DNA from: Gemmatimonadales bacterium
GTDB taxonomy: Bacteria; Gemmatimonadota; Gemmatimonadetes; Gemmatimonadales; GWC2-71-9
Length of the DNA: 64,000 nt
Assembly (NCBI GenBank): GCA_035574255.1
Contig: DATLYZ010000011.1
Location: 2,080 to 66,079 of the forward strand
Reading direction: 5' to 3'
Each line of letters starts with the position of its first letter. The first letter of the stretch is position 1. Below are positions 35,829-45,324 of the stretch, in pieces. Both the position numbers and the translations under genes were made by a program. The notes under the pieces were generated by a model. It was not told the DNA's origin and ran no database searches. It saw only the letters and a program-made list of their open reading frames with translations.

Positions 35829-36851
35829 CTACTCTCCCACCACGACCTGCTCGCCCCCGGCGAGCCCGGCCAGCACCTCGACCTGATCCCCGCGGGCGCG
35901 TCCGAGCTGCACCCAGCGGCGTGCCACCCGGCCCCCCGCTACCAGGTCCACTCCCGTGAGGTCGCCTTCCCGAACCACCGCCCGAGCCGGGACCAGCACC
36001 GCCCGCCGTTCCCCGGCCACGAGGAGGAGCGCCGCCGCGCTTCCGGGCAGGAACCGGCCCGCGCGGTTCTCGACCAGCGCGTTGACGGTGTAGAGTCCCC
36101 CGGCGGCCGCCGGCACAACGCCTTCCACGACGGCGCTCGCCGGAGTCCCCTCGATCAGGGCCTCGATCGGCCCGCCGCGCCGGAGTCTCGCCGCCTGCGC
36201 CGGCGTCGCCGCCACGGAGATCCGCAGCCGTGACCCGTCCTGGAGTTCGACCAGCGGCGAGCCGGGAGCGACGAAGGCCCCGAGATCGGCATACCGGCGG
36301 GTCACGGTTCCGGTGAACGGTGCCCGGATCGCTGCGTAGCTGTCGAGCGCGTCGAGCTCCCGTTCCTGAGCCCGCGCGGCGTCGCGCCCGGCCTCCGCCC
36401 GCGCCAGAGCGGTCTCGGCCTGGTCGAGCTGGGAACGGGTCGCCGCGCTATCTGCGTACAGCGCTCGAAATCGCCGCGCCTGCACCAGCGCTTCCTGGTA
36501 GACCGCCTCGGCGGCGGCGGCAGCGGCCCGTGCCTGGGTCCGCTTCGCCTCGACATCGCGCGCGTCCACCCGGAGCAGCACCTGTCCGCCGGTCACCCGG
36601 TCGCCTTCGCGAACCCGCACCTCGGTCACCGTTCCCATGAGCTTGGTACCGAGGGTGGCGCGCTGGATCGGCTGGGCGAGGCCCGCGGCCTCGACCACGG
36701 CGGGCAGGAGCGTGTCGCGCACCGTGACCGTGCGCGGCGCTGCCGCGCTCCCGGCCGGCGGGTCCATCCGGTCGCTCCGGCAGCCGCCACTGCCGGCCGC
36801 CGAGCCCGCTGCGACAGCCAGCCAGAGGGTCCTCCACCGCCGTCTCTTCAT
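35829..36851 (-). CDS. RND efflux periplasmic adaptor (membrane fusion protein)
   Basis: Start MKRRRWRTLWLAVAAGSAAGSGGC (lipobox), coiled-coil Ala/Arg-rich hairpin, IRAPFTGTVTRR. ATGA overlap with the upstream OMF stop. The tracked 797-aa ORF is a run-on into the OMF gene in another frame. Confidence 0.9.
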   Translation of the reverse strand: MKRRRWRTLWLAVAAGSAAGSGGCRSDRMDPPAGSAAAPRTVTVRDTLLPAVVEAAGLAQPIQRATLGTKLMGTVTEVRVREGDRVTGGQVLLRVDARDVEAKRTQARAAAAAAEAVYQEALVQARRFRALYADSAATRSQLDQAETALARAEAGRDAARAQERELDALDSYAAIRAPFTGTVTRRYADLGAFVAPGSPLVELQDGSRLRISVAATPAQAARLRRGGPIEALIEGTPASAVVEGVVPAAAGGLYTVNALVENRAGRFLPGSAAALLLVAGERRAVLVPARAVVREGDLTGVDLVAGGRVARRWVQLGRARGDQVEVLAGLAGGEQVVVGE

Positions 36852-38239
36852 GGTGCCTCCTTCCCGCTGCCGGACCCGGCCGCGTCGAGCGCGATGAGCG
36901 GCGCCAGGTCGAGCCCCCGCGCCCGGCGCCAGCCAGCCACCGCAACGAGAGCGTCGTAGCGCGCCGCGGCGAAGCGCAGGCCACTGGCGGTTTCGGCCGC
37001 CGCGGCGTCGAACAGTTCCGTCACCGAGGCAAGGCCGCCATCGTACTTCCGGCTCACGATGCGATGCGCCTCGCGGCTTTGCACCACCGCGCGCTCCGCG
37101 ATGTCCAGCTTGGCGAGGGCCGTGACTAGGGCCTCCTCGGCTTCCGCGACCTCGAGAGCCGCCTGCGCTGCGGCGGCCTCGACCATCGCCCCGGCGGCGG
37201 CACGCCGGCTCCGGGCGCTGCGGCCCTCCGCCAGCGCCGCCCCCCCTGCGAACGGTGACCAGGCGAGCAGGACGCCGACCGTCCAGGACGGCCGGCCGCC
37301 GAACGGCGCGCCGGGGTCGTTCCAGTCCAGCCGCCCGAACGCATTGAGCCGCGGCAGGTAGAGCGCATCCGCCCGCCGGGCGTCCGCCTGGGCGGCCTGG
37401 AGGGCCAGTCGGCTGGACTGCAGGTCGGCCCGCTCCGCCTCCGCCTCGACGGTCTCCCCCCGGCCTCCGAGCGCACGCACGGCCGGTGCCTCCGGCAGGG
37501 CCGGCGGAAGGCTGAAGGCCGTGTCCTCCGGCTGGCCCATGGCCACGGCGAGCTGGCGCCGGGCCAGGCCGGCCCGGCCGCGGGCCTCGATCAAGTCGGC
37601 CTCGACCTCGCCCGCCTTCACCTCCGCCAGGAGCTGATCCGCCCGGGTCGCCAGGCCCTGCTCCACCAGGGCGGCGGCCTGCCTGACGTGAGCTCGCGCG
37701 GCCCGCGCCGCTGCTTCGAGCGTGCCGACCCGCTCCGCCGCAAGCACGGCGCCGTAATAAGCCCGCACCACGGCCAGCGCCGTGCCGGTCCGGGTCCACC
37801 GCTCGGCGGCTTCGGCGGCGGCCGCGGCGGCCCGCGCCGCCCGCCGGCCCAGCAGGGCGTCGGCGTTGAAGAGCGGCTGTTCGACCACGAGGCCGGTGGC
37901 GAGGTTGCCGCGGGAGGCCGGGTCGTTGAGGGCCGGGGGCGCGAAAGCGGCCTGGGTCACCTCGCGCTGGCGGAGGAGGAAGCCGAACGCGTTGAGCGGG
38001 TCGGTGGTCCGCACGTAGCCCCCCTCGAGGCGGAGCGACGGGAGCACCCCCTTGAGCGGTTCGAGGGCCGCGGCGGCGCGGGTGCGGGTCTCGGCCGCGG
38101 CGAGGCGGTTGGCGTAGGCAGCGCGGCCGGCCCGCTCCAGCGCCTCGCCCAGGCTCAAATGTTGGGCGCCGAGTGGCGCCAGTCCCCCGGCGAGCCCCGG
38201 GAGGAGCAGCAAGCATGTCCACCGAACGGGTCGTGCCAT
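36848..38239 (-). CDS. TolC-family outer membrane efflux protein
   Basis: Signal peptide MARPVRWTCLLLLPGLAGG, LSLGEALERA start, two repeated coiled-coil halves, and LPRLNAFGRLDW. Confidence 0.9.
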   Translation of the reverse strand: MARPVRWTCLLLLPGLAGGLAPLGAQHLSLGEALERAGRAAYANRLAAAETRTRAAAALEPLKGVLPSLRLEGGYVRTTDPLNAFGFLLRQREVTQAAFAPPALNDPASRGNLATGLVVEQPLFNADALLGRRAARAAAAAAEAAERWTRTGTALAVVRAYYGAVLAAERVGTLEAAARAARAHVRQAAALVEQGLATRADQLLAEVKAGEVEADLIEARGRAGLARRQLAVAMGQPEDTAFSLPPALPEAPAVRALGGRGETVEAEAERADLQSSRLALQAAQADARRADALYLPRLNAFGRLDWNDPGAPFGGRPSWTVGVLLAWSPFAGGAALAEGRSARSRRAAAGAMVEAAAAQAALEVAEAEEALVTALAKLDIAERAVVQSREAHRIVSRKYDGGLASVTELFDAAAAETASGLRFAAARYDALVAVAGWRRARGLDLAPLIALDAAGSGSGKEAP

Positions 38240-38320
38240 GGTCCCTTGCCTGGTGTCGGGCGATGCGGGCCGCGGGCTGTCGGGCCCGAGTCGCCGAGAC
38301 TTGCCCCGGTCGCCCAGGAC

Positions 38321-38368
38321 TTGCCGCAGGCCTGAGATAACTATATAGTTATATGAGCTTCTGGTCAA
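38321..38368. promoter_or_regulatory. back-to-back divergent sigma70-like promoters whose -10 boxes are the two arms of a perfect 16-bp palindrome (ATAACTATATAGTTAT, 38337-38352)
   Basis: Plus strand: TTGCCG (38321-38326)-N17-TATAGT (38344-38349). Minus strand: TTGACC (complement of 38363-38368)-N17-TATAGT (complement of 38340-38345). All counted directly. This is the only AT-rich patch in the 235-bp gap between the OMF gene and arsR. Confidence 0.6.
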
Positions 38369-38474
38369 GCCTCCGCCGGCGCGCGGCCTCCCGGCGAGCC
38401 CGGTGGCCGCCGACTGGCCGGGGCGGCGGCACCGGGATTACCGTATGACCATCTGTCACCGAAGGAGGGCTCGC

Positions 38475-38807
38475 ATGGCCGAGCGGCCGCTCTCCACCGC
38501 GCAGCTCCGGTTGATCGCCGAACGGTTCAAGGCGCTGGCGGAGCCCTCCCGGCTCGAGATCCTGGCCGCGCTCCGGCACGGCGAGCGCACCGTGAGCCAG
38601 ATTCTCCAGTCCACAGGACTCGGACAGGCCAACGTCTCCAAGCACCTCCAGGTCCTGTACAGCGCCGGGTTCGTCGAGCGCCGGAAGGACGGGCCGAATA
38701 CCTGGTACCGGCTGGCCGATCACGATGTCATGCGGCTCTGCGACCTCATGTGCGGCCGGCTGGAACGGGAAACCAGCGCCAAGCGGAAACTGTTCGCCGC
38801 GAGGTGA
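38475..38807 (+). CDS. ArsR/SmtB family transcriptional regulator (110 aa)
   Basis: ATG 38475 with GAAGGAGGG upstream. FKALAEPSRLEILAALRHGERTVSQILQSTGLGQANVSKHLQVLYSAGFVERRKDG. C-terminal Cys pair (RLCDLMCG). Confidence 0.9.
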   Translation: MAERPLSTAQLRLIAERFKALAEPSRLEILAALRHGERTVSQILQSTGLGQANVSKHLQVLYSAGFVERRKDGPNTWYRLADHDVMRLCDLMCGRLERETSAKRKLFAAR

Positions 38808-39322
38808 TGCCTGGCGCGACGGGAGGGCAAATCGTGAGAGCGATCGTCGGCGTCATGGGGAGCGGGGATCCGCGATCCCCCCGGCTGGCCGCGGCCCGGT
38901 CCCTCGGCCGTCTGCTGGCGGCGCAAGGGTGGATCGTGCTCACCGGAGGGCGGGCGAGCGGCATCATGGATGCCGCCGCGCGGGGCGCGAAAGAGGTGGA
39001 GGGGAGCCTCACGATCGGCATCCTGTCGGACGACGGCCCGCCAAGTCCCGCGATCGACATCCCGATCCGGACGGGCCTCGGACAGGCGCGCAACAACGTG
39101 AACGTGCTGACGAGCGACGTGATCGTGGCGGTGGGCCTGGAGAGCCCCGGGACCCTCTCCGAGGTTGCGCTCGCCGTCAAGGCAGCCAAGCCCGTGGTCC
39201 TGCTCGCCGCGTCGTCGGCTGCCCGCGCCTTCCTGGAGCAACTCGAAGGCGCCGACGTGCATCACGCCGATTCGCCGGAGGCCGCCGTGGCGATCGTCGC
39301 GACGCTCCTTGCCAGGCGTTAG
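38807..39322 (+). CDS. TIGR00725-type LOG/SLOG superfamily protein
   Basis: Start overlaps the arsR stop (TGATG). IVGVMGSGD, VLTGGRASGIMDAAARGA, TIGIL, ARNNVNVLTSDVIVAVGLESPGTLSEVALA (PGGxGTxxE-like), KPVVLL. Confidence 0.75.
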   Translation: MPGATGGQIVRAIVGVMGSGDPRSPRLAAARSLGRLLAAQGWIVLTGGRASGIMDAAARGAKEVEGSLTIGILSDDGPPSPAIDIPIRTGLGQARNNVNVLTSDVIVAVGLESPGTLSEVALAVKAAKPVVLLAASSAARAFLEQLEGADVHHADSPEAAVAIVATLLARR

Positions 39323-39442
39323 AGGGACCGGAGGACCCCGCCCTCATCGTCCGCAGGGACGTGGCCACCCCGGCACCGGCGGCACAACGCCGCACCCCCA
39401 TTGACAACTCCGAAAAATGTTTGATATTCGTCAAACTGTGAA

Positions 39443-39473
39443 GACTCCCTGAAACTCCGGAGTCGTTTTTTTT
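39443..39473 (+). terminator. hairpin followed by T8 (intrinsic-terminator-like) downstream of the arsR/LOG-like bicistron
   Basis: GACTCC-10 nt-GGAGTC, then G and TTTTTTTT (39466-39473). The stem is short (6 bp) and lies 120 nt past the stop codon. Confidence 0.45.
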
Positions 39474-39487
39474 CTGCTGCTGAGTTT

Positions 39488-39505
39488 GATAGTTGTAAAA
39501 CTATC
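39488..39505. promoter_or_regulatory. inverted repeat GATAGTT-gtaa-AACTATC just upstream of the second RND operon; shares ATAGTT/AACTAT half-sites with the 38337 palindrome
   Basis: Read directly. Lies 24 nt upstream of ATG 39529. Confidence 0.45.
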
Positions 39506-39528
39506 GTACGAACCGTCACCCTCTGGAG

Positions 39529-40662
39529 ATGGCAAGCATGAGTTTCCCTCCCCTCGCCGGCGCCCGGCGCTGGATCGCGCCCCTGGTTCTCCTCGGCACG
39601 GTAGTCGGGACCGGTGTGCTGCTCGCGGCGTGGAAGCATTCGTCGACTCCCACGGTCGCGGGGGCGGCCACCTCTGCTGAACCGGTGGAGCTGGTGACGG
39701 TCGCACCCGCAGTGGCCCGCGAGTACCGCCCGACCACCACCGCCATCGGAACCGTCCTGGCGCTCCGTTCCATCACGCTGCGGAACGAGCTTGCCGGCAC
39801 CGTGCGTCAGGTCTCCCTCCGACCCGGCAAGCTCGTGGAGCCGGGCGAGGTCCTGGTTGCGCTCGACGTATCGGTGGAGCAGGCGGAGCTGGCGGCGCAG
39901 GAAGCCGAGGCCGAGCTGGCCCGCAAGACGCTCGAGCGTCTGGAGCGCCTCCGGCAGCACCAGGCCACCTCGCAGGAGGAGGTGGACCAGGCCCGGGCCC
40001 AGCTCGAGGTGGCCCAGGCTCGGATGGCCCGGACTCGGGCGATCATCGCCAAGAAAACGATCCGGGCGCCGTTCCGTGCCAGGGTGGGGATCGCCGACGT
40101 CCATCCCGGCCAGTACCTGAACGAGGGCACCGAGCTGACGACTTTGCAGGGCGTGTCGGACGCGGTGCACGTGGACTTCGCGGTGGCCCAACGGGTGGCG
40201 GCGGCGCTGCGCGAGGGGATGGCGGTGGTGGTGACCTCGGCGGACGGGGGCCAGCCCATCGAGGCGCGAATCGTCGCGATCGACGCCCGGGTGGATCCCA
40301 CGACTCGCAATGCCGTGGTCCGAGCCCGGCTGGCGGGTTCCGCCCAGCTACCGGCTCCGGGCGCGTCGGTCAGGGTCCAGGTCCCCGCCGGGACACCCAC
40401 CCTCGCCGTCGCCATTCCGGTGAGCGCGCTCCGGAAGGGGCCGGGGGGGGACCATGTCTGGGTCATTGCCGCCGACAGCACGGGGGCCCGGCGGGCGCAT
40501 GCGCGGGCCGTGACGAGCGGCCCGGTGCTGGGGGATACGGTCCTGATCCTGGACGGCCTGTCGGTGGGCGAGGAGGTGGCCGCGACGGGCTCCTTCAAGC
40601 TGCGGGAGGCCGTGCGGATCGAGACCGCGCCTCCGGCTACGGTGTCGGCGGGGGTCCGCTGA
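39529..40662 (+). CDS. RND efflux periplasmic adaptor (membrane fusion protein)
   Basis: GGAG RBS, N-terminal TM anchor, coiled-coil AELAAQEAEAELARKTLERLERL, IRAPFRARVG. Confidence 0.9.
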   Translation: MASMSFPPLAGARRWIAPLVLLGTVVGTGVLLAAWKHSSTPTVAGAATSAEPVELVTVAPAVAREYRPTTTAIGTVLALRSITLRNELAGTVRQVSLRPGKLVEPGEVLVALDVSVEQAELAAQEAEAELARKTLERLERLRQHQATSQEEVDQARAQLEVAQARMARTRAIIAKKTIRAPFRARVGIADVHPGQYLNEGTELTTLQGVSDAVHVDFAVAQRVAAALREGMAVVVTSADGGQPIEARIVAIDARVDPTTRNAVVRARLAGSAQLPAPGASVRVQVPAGTPTLAVAIPVSALRKGPGGDHVWVIAADSTGARRAHARAVTSGPVLGDTVLILDGLSVGEEVAATGSFKLREAVRIETAPPATVSAGVR

Positions 40663-40708
40663 GCGCCAGGAACCCTTTCAACCGCGATCGAACAGCAGAA
40701 GGCCACGC

Positions 40709-43700
40709 ATGCGCTCTTTCACGGACGTCTTCATCCGGCACCCGGTCCTGGCGGCGGTCGTCAACCTGGTGATCCTGCTGGTCGGCTGGCGCGCCCTCGC
40801 CAGTCTGCCGGTGCAACAGTATCCGCAGATCGAGAGCTCCCAGGTCGTGATCACCACGGTCTACACCGGCGCCAGCGCGGAGACCGTGCGGGGATTTCTC
40901 ACCACACCCATCGAGCGGGCGGTCTCGGCGATCAGCGGGGTAGACTACATCGAGTCCACGAGTCGGGCCGGGGTCAGCACCATCACGGTCCGGCTCAAGC
41001 TCAACCACAGCAGTACGGCCGCGCTCGCCGAGATCACGGCGCGGCTCCAGCAGGTTCGCTCGGAGCTTCCGGCCGAGGCCGAGCCGCCCGTCGTGGAGGT
41101 CCAGCGGGCGGACCGGCCCTACGCCTCGTTCTATCTGAGCTTCACCTCCACCGGCCGGCGCGCGCCGGCGATCACCGACTGGCTCTCCCGGACGCTTCAG
41201 CCGCAGCTCGCCACCCTGCCCGGGGTGCAACGGGTCACGATCGAGGGCGGCCGCCAGCTCGCGATGCGGGTGTGGATCGACCCCGAGCGGCTCGCCGCGT
41301 TCGGCCTGGCGCCGGGTGACGTGTACGCCGCGCTCCAGCGCAACAACTATCTCGCCGCGGTGGGCCAGACCAAGGGCAATCTGGTGCAGGTGAACCTGCT
41401 GGCCAACACCGATCTCCGCTCCCCGAAGGAGTTCGAGGATCTGATCGTGGCCGAGCGGCAGGGAGCGATCGTGCGCCTGAGCGACGTGGCGCGGGTGGAG
41501 CTGGGCGCCGAAGAAGCCGACATGATCGCCAAGTACGGGGAGAAGGAGGCGGTCTACCTCGGCGTCTGGCCGCTCGTCGGCGTCAACGAGATCGAAGTGG
41601 CGCACCGGCTCCGGGCGGAAATGGACCGGATCCGCCCGACCCTCCCGCCCGACCTGGACATGCAGATGGCGTACGACGCCACGGTGTTCATGGAGAACGC
41701 CCTCAAGGAGATCACCAAGACGCTGACGGAGACCATCCTGATCGTGGGCGTCGTGGTCTTCCTGTTCATGGGGTCCGTCCGCACCGCGCTGGTCCCGCTC
41801 GTGGCGATGCCGATTTCGCTGGTGGGCGCCGCCATCGTGATGTACGCGGCCGGTTTCAGCCTCAATTTGCTCACGATTCTCGCCATCGTGCTGTCGGTGG
41901 GGCTGGTGGTGGACGATGCGATCGTGGTGGTGGAGAACGTCGAGCGGCACGTGCGCGAGGGCAAGTCCCGCGTGGAGGCCGCGCTGATCGGCGCCCGGGA
42001 GCTGGTGGGGCCGGTGCTCGCTATGACGGTCACCCTGGCCGCGGTGTACACCCCGATCGGTTTCCAGGGCGGCCTCACCGGCTCGCTCTTCCTGGAGTTC
42101 GCGATCACCCTGGCCGCGGCCGTGGTGGTCTCCGGCGTCGTGGCGGTCTCGCTCTCGCCGGTCATGAGCTCGCGCTTCGTGCACGAGCACGGCCGGGAGA
42201 GCCGGCTCACCCGGCTCGTGAACGCGGGGTTCGACGGGGTTCGGCGCGGCTACGCGAAGCTGCTGGACGGCGCCCTGGCCATGCGCTGGGCTGTAGTCGC
42301 CGCGTCCGCTCTGGCGATGGCCGCCGCCTGGCCGTTCTACCAGTACTCGCGGCGCGAGCTGGCGCCGGTGGAGGACCAGAGCCACATCAGCCTTTTCATG
42401 CAGGCGGCGCCCGACGCCTCGCTCGCCGCGAACCACCGCGCCTCGCTGGACGTGGTGAAGACCATCGAGGCCTTCCCCGAGGCCAAGTTCATGTGGTCCC
42501 TCACGGCCTCGTGGGGCGCTTTCGGCGGCATGGTGACCAAGGACTGGAAGGAACGCGCCCGCTCCACCGAGCAGATGTACGGCGAGGTCTACGGCGCCGT
42601 GTCCCGGATCCCGGGCCTCCAGGTGTTTCCCCGGCTCGACCCGCCCCTCCCCACGCCCGGCCAGTATGACGTGGAGCTGGTGCTCCAGAGCGACGCGCCG
42701 CCCGAGCAATTGCTCGAGACGGTGCAAGCGGTGGTGGGCGCGGGCTGGCAGAGCGGCAAGTTTCTGTACGTGGATACCGATCTCAAGCTCGACCTCCCCG
42801 AGGCCCGGGTCGTGATTGACCGGGAACAGGTGGCCGATCTGGGGCTCGATCTCGCCACGGTGGGTCGCGAACTCGGCACCTTGCTGGGTGGCGCCTACGT
42901 GAACCGGTTCAACTACTTCGACCGGAGTTACAAGGTCATCCCCCAGATCGGCGACTCGGAGCGGGCCACGGTCGAGCCGCTGCTCGATCTCAAGATCAAG
43001 ACGCCGAGCGGCGAGCTGGTGCCGGTTTCCACGTTCACGCGCATCGAGTCCACGGTGGCGCCGCGGACGCTCCAGCGGTTCCAGCAGCGGAACGCGGTGC
43101 GGATCTTCGGCGGGGTCAAGCCCGGGGTGACCAAGGAAGAAGGACTTGCGGTCCTGGAAGCGGCAGCCGCCCGGGCCGCGGGGCCGGGGGTCACGCTCGA
43201 CTACGGCGGGGAGTCGCGCCAGATCCGCCGCGAGGGTTCGGCCCTCACCGTGACGCTCGGCTTCGCTGTGCTCCTCATCTACCTGGTGCTCGCGGCCCAG
43301 TTCCAGAGCTTCCGCGACCCGCTGATCGTGCTGGTGGGATCGGCGCCGCTCGCCATTTCGGGCGCGCTGCTCTTCAGTTTCCTCGATCTGACGACCATCA
43401 ACATCTACTCGCAGGTCGGCCTCATCACGCTGGTGGGGTTGATCGCGAAGAACGGCATCCTGATCGTGCAATTCGCGAACACGCTCCAGGCCCGGGGCGT
43501 CGAGAAGATGGCCGCGCTGCGTGAGGCCGCGCTCACCCGGCTTCGGCCGGTCCTCATGACCTCGGCGGCCACGGTGTTCGGCCACCTGCCCCTGGTCTTC
43601 GCCTCGGGCCCGGGCTCCGAGGCCCGCAACAGCATCGGCATCATCCTGGTGGCCGGGATGACGGTCGGCACCCTGTTTACGCTCTTCGTCGTGCCGGTGT

Positions 43701-43801
43701 TCTACTCGCTGATCGCGGCCCGGCATCGGTCGGTCCCCGCCATGGAGCCCCTGGCCCAGCCAGGCGGGGCGCTGCCCGCAGCGGAGGTCGCCCATGCGTA
43801 G
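40709..43801 (+). CDS. RND multidrug efflux permease (HAE1/AcrB-MexB type), 1030 aa
   Basis: MRSFTDVFIRHPVLAAVVNLVILLVG, GLVVDDAIVVVENVERH, LIAKNGILIVQFAN. Confidence 0.95.
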   Translation: MRSFTDVFIRHPVLAAVVNLVILLVGWRALASLPVQQYPQIESSQVVITTVYTGASAETVRGFLTTPIERAVSAISGVDYIESTSRAGVSTITVRLKLNHSSTAALAEITARLQQVRSELPAEAEPPVVEVQRADRPYASFYLSFTSTGRRAPAITDWLSRTLQPQLATLPGVQRVTIEGGRQLAMRVWIDPERLAAFGLAPGDVYAALQRNNYLAAVGQTKGNLVQVNLLANTDLRSPKEFEDLIVAERQGAIVRLSDVARVELGAEEADMIAKYGEKEAVYLGVWPLVGVNEIEVAHRLRAEMDRIRPTLPPDLDMQMAYDATVFMENALKEITKTLTETILIVGVVVFLFMGSVRTALVPLVAMPISLVGAAIVMYAAGFSLNLLTILAIVLSVGLVVDDAIVVVENVERHVREGKSRVEAALIGARELVGPVLAMTVTLAAVYTPIGFQGGLTGSLFLEFAITLAAAVVVSGVVAVSLSPVMSSRFVHEHGRESRLTRLVNAGFDGVRRGYAKLLDGALAMRWAVVAASALAMAAAWPFYQYSRRELAPVEDQSHISLFMQAAPDASLAANHRASLDVVKTIEAFPEAKFMWSLTASWGAFGGMVTKDWKERARSTEQMYGEVYGAVSRIPGLQVFPRLDPPLPTPGQYDVELVLQSDAPPEQLLETVQAVVGAGWQSGKFLYVDTDLKLDLPEARVVIDREQVADLGLDLATVGRELGTLLGGAYVNRFNYFDRSYKVIPQIGDSERATVEPLLDLKIKTPSGELVPVSTFTRIESTVAPRTLQRFQQRNAVRIFGGVKPGVTKEEGLAVLEAAAARAAGPGVTLDYGGESRQIRREGSALTVTLGFAVLLIYLVLAAQFQSFRDPLIVLVGSAPLAISGALLFSFLDLTTINIYSQVGLITLVGLIAKNGILIVQFANTLQARGVEKMAALREAALTRLRPVLMTSAATVFGHLPLVFASGPGSEARNSIGIILVAGMTVGTLFTLFVVPVFYSLIAARHRSVPAMEPLAQPGGALPAAEVAHA

Positions 43802-45215
43802 AGCCGCGCTGGTAGGGCTGATCGCGCTTGCGGGGTGCGTCTCCGCGCCCGCGTACCGGCCCTCTTCGGTGGCCCTGCCGAAGACCTTTCGGGAAGTCGA
43901 CCCGGCGCAACCGATCTCGGCCCCCGCCGCCTGGGCGCCGGCGGCGGCCGCCCCGGTGGAGTTTGACGCAGGATTCTGGCGCCGGCTGGGCGACACCACG
44001 CTCGATCGCCTGATGGACCAGGCCCTCCGGACCAATCTCGACCTCCAGGCCGCCCAGGCCCGCCTCCGCGCCGCCCGGGCCGCGCGGGCCCGAGCGGTGC
44101 TCGATCTCACCCCGGATGGGGCGCTGGCCGGGGGGTACACCCGCCGGCGGTTCGCCAGCGCGAGCTTCCCCGGCGCGTCCAGCCGCTTTCCGGACGAGGA
44201 CGTCTGGGACGCCGGGTTCGATGCGGTCTGGGAAATCGACGTCTTCGGCCGGATCCGGCGCACCGTGCGGGCGCACAGCGCGCTGGTCGCCGCAAGCCGG
44301 GAGGACCTCCGCGGGGTCACGGTCACGCTGGCCGCGGAGCTGGCGCGAGCCTACTTCGAGTTGCGGGGAGCGGAGGAACAGCTCGACGTGGCCCGGCGCA
44401 ACGCCGAGAACCAGCGCCGCACGCTGGAGCTGACTCGGGAGCGACTCGAGGCCGGCCGGGGGACGGCGTTCGACGTGGAGCGGGCCCTGGCCCAACTCAA
44501 CGTCACGCTCGCCTCGATCCCCGCGCGGGAGGCACAGGTGGCCGCGGCCCAATACCGGATCGGGGTGCTCACGGGCCGCCCCCCGACGATCGTGGCGGGC
44601 GAGTTCCCGCCGACCGCGCGCCAGGTAGCCTTGCCTGACACGGTGGCGGTAGGGACCCCGGACTCGGTGCTCCGAACCCGGCCGGACGTGGCGGCGGCGG
44701 AGCGGCTCGCCGCCGCGCAAGCGGCCCTGGCGAGCGCGGCGCGCGCCGAGTACCTGCCCCGGCTCTCGGTCGGCGGGAACGCAGGGTACACGGCCGCCGA
44801 TTTCGACCGGCTGGGCAACGACGGGACGTTCCGTTACGCCGTGGGCCCGGTGCTGCGCTGGCCCCTCCTCGGCCTCGGCCGGATCAAGGCCGACGTGAGC
44901 GCGGCCCGCGCACGAGCGGACGCGGCCCGAGCCGAGTACGGCCAAATCGTGCTGGAGGCCATGGAGGAGGTCGAGAGCTCGCTCGCCCGCTATCGCGCGG
45001 CGCGGTCCCGGGTCGAGCAACTGGCCGCCGCCGCGGCCGCGAGCGAACGGGCGGCCGAGCTCGCCCGGATGCGCTTCAGCGAAGGTATCGTGGATTTCCT
45101 CCAGGTCCTGGATGCCGAGCGCACCCAGCTCGAGTCGCAGGACCTGCTGGCGCAGGGCCGGACCGAGGCCGCCACAGCCTACGCGGCGCTGTACCAGGCG
45201 CTCGGAGGGCCGTGA
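43794..45215 (+). CDS. NodT-family outer membrane efflux lipoprotein
   Basis: Lipobox LIALAGCVSAP, DAGFDAVWEIDVFGRIRR, and a duplicated coiled-coil architecture. Overlaps the RND stop by 8 nt. Confidence 0.9.
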   Translation: MRRAALVGLIALAGCVSAPAYRPSSVALPKTFREVDPAQPISAPAAWAPAAAAPVEFDAGFWRRLGDTTLDRLMDQALRTNLDLQAAQARLRAARAARARAVLDLTPDGALAGGYTRRRFASASFPGASSRFPDEDVWDAGFDAVWEIDVFGRIRRTVRAHSALVAASREDLRGVTVTLAAELARAYFELRGAEEQLDVARRNAENQRRTLELTRERLEAGRGTAFDVERALAQLNVTLASIPAREAQVAAAQYRIGVLTGRPPTIVAGEFPPTARQVALPDTVAVGTPDSVLRTRPDVAAAERLAAAQAALASAARAEYLPRLSVGGNAGYTAADFDRLGNDGTFRYAVGPVLRWPLLGLGRIKADVSAARARADAARAEYGQIVLEAMEEVESSLARYRAARSRVEQLAAAAAASERAAELARMRFSEGIVDFLQVLDAERTQLESQDLLAQGRTEAATAYAALYQALGGP

Positions 45216-45249
45216 GCCGCCCCCCGAGGTGGAGGTCCAGCGGTATACA

Positions 45250-45278
45250 CCACAGGCCGCCTCGAGGGCGGCCTGTGG
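45250..45278. terminator. perfect 12-bp stem / 5-nt loop hairpin between convergent genes
   Basis: CCACAGGCCGCC-tcgag-GGCGGCCTGTGG, located between the stops at 45215 (+) and 45325 (-). No U-tract. Confidence 0.45.
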
Positions 45279-45324
45279 TCATGAGGCGCGGCCCGCGGCG
45301 GGGCCCGATCGGCCGGGATCCGCG

